Assembly (NCBI GenBank): GCA_964621445.1
Contig: CAZUNO010000039.1
Coordinates: 6,983-17,747 of the forward strand
Direction: 5' to 3'
Origin: Candidatus Hadarchaeota archaeon
GTDB lineage: Archaea; CAYQAE01; CAYVLA01
DNA length: 10,765 nucleotides
Shown here: positions 1-5,903 of the stretch, piece by piece
Numbering within the stretch: the first letter of the stretch is position 1
How the letters are laid out: every line of letters begins with the position of its first letter
Notes under the pieces: model-generated
What the model saw: the letters and a program-made list of their open reading frames with translations, nothing else
Told to the model about the DNA's origin: nothing
The model's database searches: none
Made by a program: the position numbers and the translations under genes

Positions 1-86
1 GGAACATCGATCCACTCGATTGAGACGGCGATTGGAGTTAGCATTAGAGAGAACATTACCAGGAAGGATATGGCAGATAGCTTCAA
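1..86 (-). CDS. 5' end of a secreted/signal-peptide protein gene running off the left edge (partial)
   Basis: TTG at 86-84 opens MKLSAISFLVMFSLMLTPIAVSIEWIDVP..., a basic residue followed by a hydrophobic stretch, as in a signal peptide. Differences from the second copy (3305-3220) are an ATG/TTG swap, three synonymous changes and one Leu/Met change, supporting this frame. Confidence 0.65.
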   Translation of the reverse strand, partial: MKLSAISFLVMFSLMLTPIAVSIEWIDV

Positions 87-134
87 GGGGATTACCGTTA
101 TTTGGGTCTTGATCGTTTTGAAATATTTTATGGG
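1..134. repeat. Direct repeat copy 1 (may extend beyond the window)
   Basis: Aligns without gaps to 3220-3353 (offset 3219). The first 55 bp are identical; I count 14 mismatches over 134 bp by hand. Confidence 0.95.
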
Positions 135-240
135 CTCGTTATCCACTTCAGCGGAGGTCCTCTGATGATTTGGAACCGAAGATATGTATTCCAGAGAGTT
201 GGTGTTGATGCCAGGCCTCGGCGCTTCTTCATAGGGGGCC

Positions 241-402
241 ATGGGAGAAGCATCCAATGAACATTTGTTAGCTATTAAACAAATATTATTTGAGCCAATA
301 ACAGGCTGGATTTTGAAGGAATGGAAAGGTAATCACAGAGACGAACTGAAGGAACAGGGCATTAGCGTCGAGAAGTTAAGAAGGGACGACGTAGATGTTT
401 GA
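241..402 (+). CDS. Small 53-aa ORF; possibly the N-terminal half of a frameshifted gene
   Basis: ATG 241 preceded by AGGGGG; MGEASNEHLLAIKQILFEPITGWILKEWKGNHRDELKEQGISVEKLRRDDVDV*. Its stop overlaps the next TTG (TTGA, 399-402). Not in the supplied ORF track. Confidence 0.45.
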   Translation: MGEASNEHLLAIKQILFEPITGWILKEWKGNHRDELKEQGISVEKLRRDDVDV

Positions 403-560
403 TCCCACGAATCGCAAGAGGAATGTGGGAAGGAATATTAAGGATGAAAGAAAGCAAGTATCGTGCAATGCTGCTTTTCGATAGGAAGAAAATGCAATTA
501 TATTATTTGCCTCCATCAAGGGGGTTCTATTATTATGGTCAATCTGTATATAGGAACTGA
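399..560 (+). CDS. Small basic 53-aa ORF; possibly the C-terminal half of a RelE/ParE-like gene
   Basis: MIPRIARGMWEGILRMKESKYRAMLLFDRKKMQLYYLPPSRGFYYYGQSVYRN* (TTG 399, alternative ATG 423). Stop TGA 558-560 overlaps ATG 560 (TGATG). The RelE resemblance is by eye only. Confidence 0.45.
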   Translation: MIPRIARGMWEGILRMKESKYRAMLLFDRKKMQLYYLPPSRGFYYYGQSVYRN

Positions 561-1045
561 TGAAAGTGGAATGGGGATATCGGGAAATGGAGGAGCACAA
601 GTTCTCGGACATATCGAATAATCTTCATCTAGGGCGAATTGCCAGCAGGATAGCTTGGGCCCTCGAAGATTACCGTGAGGATTCGATTTCAGATTTCCTT
701 GAACGACATGGATCGGCAATCATCGCAGCAAAAAAGCTCGTAGAGAAGATTGAAGAGGGCGCCGATAAGATAAATCGGCCGACGTTGACTGGGGGAGACA
801 TTGTTGAGACAATTGAAGTATATGATAAAGTGGTAGGTACCGGAGGACCTCTTGAGGGTAGCGAGCGTCTTAGTGAGTACAGAGAAACATTGGCCAAGAT
901 GGCACGGGAAGAGAAAGTAGAACTATCAGAAGCTTTAGCTGTCAAGAAATTTTTCTACGAAACAGGCGTTAGATGCTTGAGAGAGGCAAACGAGCATCTC
1001 ACTTCCGATGAAGAGGGGGAGCCAGGTTGGCATCTCCTGATATAG
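560..1045 (+). CDS. Hypothetical acidic, probably alpha-helical protein (161 aa)
   Basis: Long ORF with E/K-rich, protein-like composition; overlaps the next gene by 19 nt. Alternative ATG at 587. No family recognised. Confidence 0.8.
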   Translation: MKVEWGYREMEEHKFSDISNNLHLGRIASRIAWALEDYREDSISDFLERHGSAIIAAKKLVEKIEEGADKINRPTLTGGDIVETIEVYDKVVGTGGPLEGSERLSEYRETLAKMAREEKVELSEALAVKKFFYETGVRCLREANEHLTSDEEGEPGWHLLI

Positions 1046-2457
1046 CCAATATCTCAAAGAATGATTTACTGGCAGATCTTGAATCGTCGCTCCAGAAGTC
1101 TTGGGCTATTCAGGAGAGATTGGATACCCTCACACTTGAGCAGTATCCGACACAAAGTGCCGAAGATCTAATTGGCGCACTCAAAAATATTCTGAAAGTC
1201 ATAGTAACTTCATTGAAGACATGCCATTCGGAGTTGGAAATCGGCCACTTGCAGCCGACAGACGGTCTATCACTCTTCGCGAGGACTCTTAGTGCCTCAA
1301 CGTCGCAGTTGAGCGCCTATTCAAAGTACATTGAGTTCGCGAGAACGGAGGATGTACCTTGGGGAATATCATTTCTGATAGATGGTCTTGTGGTCGAGAA
1401 TTTCGGTGCCAATGCTAGATTCCTTCTTAGGGCTCGCCCAGACTACAACTATAGCTACAACGAATTGCTTGATCAGCTGAAGATACTCGCGGAGGACATG
1501 GAAGCTGGCTTGAGGGAGTTCTTTACTGACAGCCTGGATGTTGATCAGATCGTGGAGGATGTGGAGTCATCGTTGGGAGACCTGGGTGACTACTTCATCG
1601 TTGTGAGTTTTCCCGCTGTCGAACGAGATAACATACTACATCAGTGCCTACTTTTACACGAAGTCGGCCACTTTCTTGACGAATTCTTTAACATATCAAG
1701 ATCTATCAATATATCTATGGATTCTCACATTCCGAGACCTTCCTCGGATGCTGGTTTCAGAGTCAAGAGAGAGCTGCTTTCTAGGGCTTTTCGATGGGTG
1801 AAGGAACTCACGGCTGATCAGTTCGCTTTGGGTCTTGTCGGACCTGCTTTTCTGTCGGCATTCGAGGAACTGACGGTAAATCAGTTCGGATTCGATGAGT
1901 ATAAGCAGACACACCCACCTGTACGGATGCGATTGGATGCAATGCTTAAGCGAATGGAGGGGATGGGGAGTGATTCATCAGATGTTGGAAGCGTAATTCA
2001 GGCGAGGATGATTGAGTTGAAAGACCGTTTAACAAGGAATCCCGAGCCAGCCCTTGAGACACGGGTCGAGATTCTCTCTGGCACGGTCATGGACGTAGTA
2101 GACGAAATAATCGACGAAGTGGAGTCTAAGCTTGGCAACAATTCATTTGATATTAGAGACCATGTGGAAGAGATCGAGGGGCTGAAAACGCGGATATGCT
2201 GGCACATAGCACCCAATGAAAGAGTCTGCGCGGTAGGAAAAAGAAAATTTCAGGCAGATCCAAGGTCTATCCTGAATGCAGGATGGCTAACGATTATTGA
2301 TTCTACCAGATTCGATGTTTTCTGTCGATCGCTGAATTTTGAAGGTATTAAGGGCCGGTGGCTTGCCCGAAAGAAAATCAGCGACCTTGTGAAGAAAGCT
2401 CTTGACAGTATTGAATTCCAGGCATGGTGGGCCAAAATAAGGGAGCGACTCCAATGA
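1027..2457 (+). CDS. Putative soluble zinc metallopeptidase (gluzincin, M48/M56-like motifs), 476 aa
   Basis: HEVGH (HEXXH, nt 1657-1671), downstream ELTADQFA (third-ligand Glu, nt 1804) and THPPVRMR (nt 1909-1932), in the order typical of M48-like peptidases. TTG start preceded by GAGGGGGAG. No evident signal peptide or TM helix. Confidence 0.8.
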   Translation: MASPDIANISKNDLLADLESSLQKSWAIQERLDTLTLEQYPTQSAEDLIGALKNILKVIVTSLKTCHSELEIGHLQPTDGLSLFARTLSASTSQLSAYSKYIEFARTEDVPWGISFLIDGLVVENFGANARFLLRARPDYNYSYNELLDQLKILAEDMEAGLREFFTDSLDVDQIVEDVESSLGDLGDYFIVVSFPAVERDNILHQCLLLHEVGHFLDEFFNISRSINISMDSHIPRPSSDAGFRVKRELLSRAFRWVKELTADQFALGLVGPAFLSAFEELTVNQFGFDEYKQTHPPVRMRLDAMLKRMEGMGSDSSDVGSVIQARMIELKDRLTRNPEPALETRVEILSGTVMDVVDEIIDEVESKLGNNSFDIRDHVEEIEGLKTRICWHIAPNERVCAVGKRKFQADPRSILNAGWLTIIDSTRFDVFCRSLNFEGIKGRWLARKKISDLVKKALDSIEFQAWWAKIRERLQ

Positions 2458-3062
2458 TACTATCCAAAGACATGATCATTTCGAGGCTTTACCACGATGA
2501 TGAAAGTGAACGTCTGACCATCACACCCCTTGATGATATGCAGATTGGCCGCTCTTCGGTGGACCTCCGCTTGTCCAACCGCTTCATAGCAATGGAAAGA
2601 GTGAATTGTGCCACCTACGATCCAAGAGAAGATGACAAGATAGAAGCGTACCAGAAGAAACTGACGGGCCAATATGGCAAGGCTTTGTATATGCATCCCC
2701 ACCAGATTCTTCTAGGTGGAACCGTTGAATATCTTAGACTGCCATACAACCTCTCGGGCGAAGTCATAGGAAAGAGCTCTTGGGGAAGGCTGGGGGTGAT
2801 AGTTGCCACAGCAACGAGAGTATGGCCAAAATATGCAGGCATTCTCACATTGGAACTCATCAACAGTGGCGAGGTTCCAGTAGCGCTATATCCAGGAAGT
2901 GAGATCGTGCAGATGGCGTTTCGGGAATCCAAGGTCTCAGAAAATGAGCAATCAAGAAGTGACAAGCTGGAAGTAGGTAAATACTCATGTTCCATAGAAC
3001 CTGGCTTCAGTCGTCTGAGCGATGATCCTTTCTGGCGTGGACTGAGGGAGGGTTCCATGTGA
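2454..3062 (+). CDS. dcd: dCTP deaminase-like protein (trimeric dUTPase fold), divergent, 202 aa
   Basis: MILS start, SVDLRL, TVEYLRLP, GKSSWGRLG, LTLELIN..PVALYPG..IVQM and a C-terminal GKY...SR match Dcd motifs. Start placed at 2454 because of the ATGA overlap with the upstream stop and the family-typical N-terminus. The DPG motif reads WPK. Confidence 0.9.
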   Translation: MILSKDMIISRLYHDDESERLTITPLDDMQIGRSSVDLRLSNRFIAMERVNCATYDPREDDKIEAYQKKLTGQYGKALYMHPHQILLGGTVEYLRLPYNLSGEVIGKSSWGRLGVIVATATRVWPKYAGILTLELINSGEVPVALYPGSEIVQMAFRESKVSENEQSRSDKLEVGKYSCSIEPGFSRLSDDPFWRGLREGSM

Positions 3063-3128
3063 ACGACATGGTCAGGAAAGTTAGGTCATAGTCCCCACAT
3101 AAACATTTGGATGTGTATGCATTCAAAA

Positions 3129-3305
3129 TTAATCGAACCTATCCACGAGGTGGGCTCCGTCGGAGGCGGTCAGCACCCAGATTTTCCCGGGGTCCTGGAA
3201 GAGGGCCACCGCCTCGTGGGGAACATCGATCCACTCGATTGAGACGGCGATTGGAGTTAGCATTAGAGAGAACAGGACCAGAAAGGATATGGCGGATAGC
3301 TTCAT
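3129..3305 (-). pseudogene. 58-aa signal-peptide ORF, probably a truncated copy of the gene starting at 86
   Basis: MKLSAISFLVLFSLMLTPIAVSIEWIDVPHEAVALFQDPGKIWVLTASDGAHLVDRFD*. AAGGT lies upstream of the ATG. Third codon positions are GC-rich like the core genes, ending abruptly at AT-rich DNA near 3130. Confidence 0.55.
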
Positions 3306-3353
3306 GGGGATTACCTTTAGTGGGATCTGGATTATTCTGAAATATCTTATGGG
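3220..3353. repeat. Direct repeat copy 2
   Basis: Matches 1-134; covers the upstream region and first ~29 codons of the minus-strand ORF. Confidence 0.95.
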
Positions 3354-3649
3354 TAAGTATGGGGCGAATGCCTACTATTCCTAGGGAGTTCGAGGGCAAT
3401 GGGTTGAAGTAGGTAACAGGTCTTGAGAAATTACTATTGGAGGGAAAGGTATGGTATAGTTAGTATCGCTACGAGATTCTAGAATAGGAATTGTCCACTC
3501 CTCTTCCTTTTTCATGGCGGATTCATTTTGGTAATAAACCAATTAGCTAGCTAAAAGAGAAGGATCTTGATAATTTAGATCCAATGGGATGCTTGCTTTA
3601 ATTCCATCAATATCTTAAGATGGGGATGATGAAATGGGCAGGGCTAGAA

Positions 3650-3669
3650 GTGAAAAAGTGAAAAAATAA
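3650..3669 (-). terminator. Possible oligo-U terminator for the minus-strand 2-TM gene
   Basis: Minus strand reads TTATTTTTTCACTTTTTCAC about 100 nt after the stop at 3772. U-tracts terminate archaeal transcription, but the region is generally AT-rich. Confidence 0.25.
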
Positions 3670-3771
3670 GCACGGTCATAGTAATACTCTGGCCCTATGT
3701 GTTAGCATTTAACCCGGCCTTCGAGCGGTTTACCGAATACTCGATGATTAATAAGGCTAGAGACCTTGCTT

Positions 3772-4998
3772 TTATTCCATTACTTTATATACTCCTTGAG
3801 TGATTCTCTGATAGTTCCTGGCAATGGATACTCCAATGAGATAGACAAGCCCCATGGAAGTCATGTAGGCCAGAACGATGAGGCCAGCTACAAGGCAGAT
3901 TTTCGTCAAGGAATTTATGGCTGGTGCTTGTTCAATACACTTGGTCAAAGCCTTTGAGACGCCCATTACAAAATAATTTAACATATCAAGTTCCAGGACT
4001 GATGCCCAGACGGCTATTGCAACTGAGAGCCCAGCACCAAGAAATCCTAGTGAAATTAATAACTGGGTTTGTCCAAATGAACCATATAGGTCTGCCATAT
4101 CTTCATACCAGTTTTCCTTGATTTCAAGTCCTTTTAGGAAATTGTTACCGTCTTCCGCGGGATCATAGGAGAAATATCTTCGACATTTGGAAAGAAAGGA
4201 ATCTAGGAATACCTGTATGCCCATTGCATTAATTGATCGTGAATGAGTACGTGCTAAATTCATTCGGGTTTCCATAATTTCCTTCAGAGTGGAAATAGAT
4301 TTTGGGAATAGCCAACCCCATGGAGGGCCTTGGGATTGCTCTTGAATTAATTGGGACTGGTTTCGAGTTTCTTGAGTTTGTCCTGAACTACGTTCTAAAC
4401 GGGAATTTATGTAATTCTTTAAATTGAATGCTAATCGTAGAACCAATTTCTTTATCTTTGGTGGGTACTCCACCAAAAACCTTGGCATATACTTCCCGGA
4501 AAATCCTAAGTTTTCATAAATTTCTGTCTGGCGCGTAAGGTCCCTTATCATCCTAACACGCCAAGTTACCCGAACTTTGAACTGGTCGTTAAATTCGTTT
4601 ACGTATCTATCATGGAGATGAGCTGCAACTTTGTCCAACATATCCTCATTAAAACTGCCAAAATAGCAGAAGTCAGGCCTGAGCTGATGGGGGAAAAGAT
4701 GTCTATGCACTGCCTTCTTAATTGGGATATATATCTCTGTAAAAAAGTCATTCTTAATATAAGCTGAGGGATTCCCGTTCTTTGTCTCTACAAAAACAAA
4801 ACCCCCTTCATGAATTACAAGAATACTATCATCCAAAGATAGATTTTTGCTTAGGTTCTTGATGGGTTCATATTTCCGGTTCTCGTTTTTGGGCAGGCAT
4901 GGGTCCTTGAGTTTAAAACAAATATATTCGCCCTCTAGACATTTTTTGAGTGCATAACCGTTTGGTATCTTTTGTTCCGACTTTTCAACAAAAAGCAT
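3772..4998 (-). CDS. Hypothetical membrane protein: large soluble region plus two C-terminal TM helices (408 aa; true N-terminus probably in 4935-5087)
   Basis: Long ORF with hydrophobic segments LLISLGFLGAGLSVAIAVWASVL and ICLVAGLIVLAYMTSMGLVYLIGVSI and a Q-rich linker. No convincing SD at ATG 4998. Confidence 0.8.
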   Translation of the reverse strand: MLFVEKSEQKIPNGYALKKCLEGEYICFKLKDPCLPKNENRKYEPIKNLSKNLSLDDSILVIHEGGFVFVETKNGNPSAYIKNDFFTEIYIPIKKAVHRHLFPHQLRPDFCYFGSFNEDMLDKVAAHLHDRYVNEFNDQFKVRVTWRVRMIRDLTRQTEIYENLGFSGKYMPRFLVEYPPKIKKLVLRLAFNLKNYINSRLERSSGQTQETRNQSQLIQEQSQGPPWGWLFPKSISTLKEIMETRMNLARTHSRSINAMGIQVFLDSFLSKCRRYFSYDPAEDGNNFLKGLEIKENWYEDMADLYGSFGQTQLLISLGFLGAGLSVAIAVWASVLELDMLNYFVMGVSKALTKCIEQAPAINSLTKICLVAGLIVLAYMTSMGLVYLIGVSIARNYQRITQGVYKVME

Positions 4999-5087
4999 TT
5001 TTTGGATAATTCCCGAATTCTATGGAAATCTTCTTTTGAGAAGAAATGGAGCATCGGCACCCAGTGTGCATATAAGAGGCTCACCAA
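4935..5087 (-). CDS. 50-aa ORF with strong SD; likely the frameshifted N-terminus of 3772-4998
   Basis: AGGAGG (5098-5093) lies 5 nt before TTG 5087 and 8 nt before GTG 5084; MVSLLYAHWVPMLHFFSKEDFHRIRELSKKCFLLKSRNKRYQTVMHSKNV*. The downstream ORF is in the -1 frame and overlaps it. Confidence 0.5.
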   Translation of the reverse strand: MVSLLYAHWVPMLHFFSKEDFHRIRELSKKCFLLKSRNKRYQTVMHSKNV

Positions 5088-5105
5088 GGTGTCCTCCTGG
5101 AATTC

Positions 5106-5480
5106 TTACATGGTGGTCATGATCATATCTGTGTCAATGGCCTTTCCTTCTACTTTATTATCATACCCTCTGGTTACTCTCCTAATGACTTTGTACTCTT
5201 CCATTCCGAGGTCCGAAACAGAGAAACGGAGGGGAGATTCAACTACCATTTCAACGGCATTATCACCAACAAGGGCATATAAATTAGACTCAAGGCCCTT
5301 TTCTAGGTCATCTTCAAAAGAGAATTTCACCTTGTCGAAAGGATTGGGTAGTTTCTGAAGTCCGCCATTTTCAATATCCTTTCTAATTTCTTGGAGCGTT
5401 TTGGGCTTTTTTTGCGTGGCTAGGTATACTAGAAGCAATTCCAAATCCGTCAACTTTAGTTCCCCTGATTCTAGAGCCAT
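5106..5480 (-). CDS. Small hypothetical protein, possibly winged helix-turn-helix (124 aa; 131 aa from ATG 5501)
   Basis: LTDLELLLVYL..KPKTLQEIRKDI and FSVSDLGMEEY resemble the first helices and wing end of wHTH domains. GGAGGG 8 nt before ATG 5480 favours this start. Confidence 0.65.
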   Translation of the reverse strand: MALESGELKLTDLELLLVYLATQKKPKTLQEIRKDIENGGLQKLPNPFDKVKFSFEDDLEKGLESNLYALVGDNAVEMVVESPLRFSVSDLGMEEYKVIRRVTRGYDNKVEGKAIDTDMIMTTM

Positions 5481-5865
5481 TCTTCTATCCCTCCATTCCA
5501 TAGTAAATTATTATATCAAGTGCGATTTGATCTTGGAGATATATCTGAGCGATGAAGCCATATCTATGTATTTGGTACAATTATCAATAATGAAAATAAA
5601 CACATTATTGATATGCTTCAAACCTCCTATTAAACTATTTGTCATTGATTGGAATGTAGTCCTCCGAATGCTGCCCATGCTATATCCTGGATAAAGAATG
5701 ATATTTTATCATCATTTTAACTCTTAACTATATCCTAATAACCAGGTTTTTCTGTGTAAATTTCTTAGATTTAATTCGTATGCCCATCCTTTAACCATCG
5801 AGTCGATAATGATATGAAATGACAGCCCTTTGGGACGAAAGATGAGCCTAATAAATGATCATTAT

Positions 5866-5880
5866 AAGATAATCTTAAAT
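5866..5880 (+). promoter_or_regulatory. Putative archaeal BRE/TATA promoter for a leaderless transcript
   Basis: AAGATAAT-CTTAAAT with the TATA-like box 24-30 nt upstream of ATG 5904; no SD before that ATG. Confidence 0.4.
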
Positions 5881-5903
5881 CCCAAGTATTATCCAGAATT
5901 ACC

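Noticed and set aside
206-257. Imperfect hairpin GCTTCTTCAT...ATGGGAGAAGC covering the SD and ATG 241
   Set aside because: Short and bulged. It could modulate translation but cannot be distinguished from chance.
2424-2453. Earlier start (ATG 2424) for the Dcd-like gene given in the track
   Set aside because: ATG 2454 gives an ATGA overlap with the upstream stop and the family-typical MILS N-terminus.
2454-3062. Assignment to the known anti-phage dCTP deaminase (AvcD-like) family
   Set aside because: Those enzymes have a P-loop kinase plus a Zn-binding HAE/PCxxC deaminase domain. This protein has neither and is of the trimeric dUTPase fold.
3143-3219. GC-rich stem CCACGAGG...CCTCGTGG suggesting a tRNA, SRP or other ncRNA, or an att-site tRNA fragment
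   Set aside because: No cloverleaf, T-loop or SRP motif found; adequately explained as GC-rich coding sequence.
3107-3399. Track ORFs 3107-3340 (+) and 3139-3399 (-)
   Set aside because: Arg/Pro/Gly-rich off-frame translations. The synonymous pattern between repeat copies supports the 3305-3129 frame instead.
3700-3765. ATTTAAC-CCGGC-CTTCGAGCGG resembling the left arm of an integron attC site
   Set aside because: No correctly spaced GTTRRRY partner, no second copy, and no integron integrase in the window.
4972-5694. Plus-strand ORFs 4972-5358 and 5401-5694
   Set aside because: Largely antisense to better-supported minus-strand genes that have SD sites; composition is not convincing.
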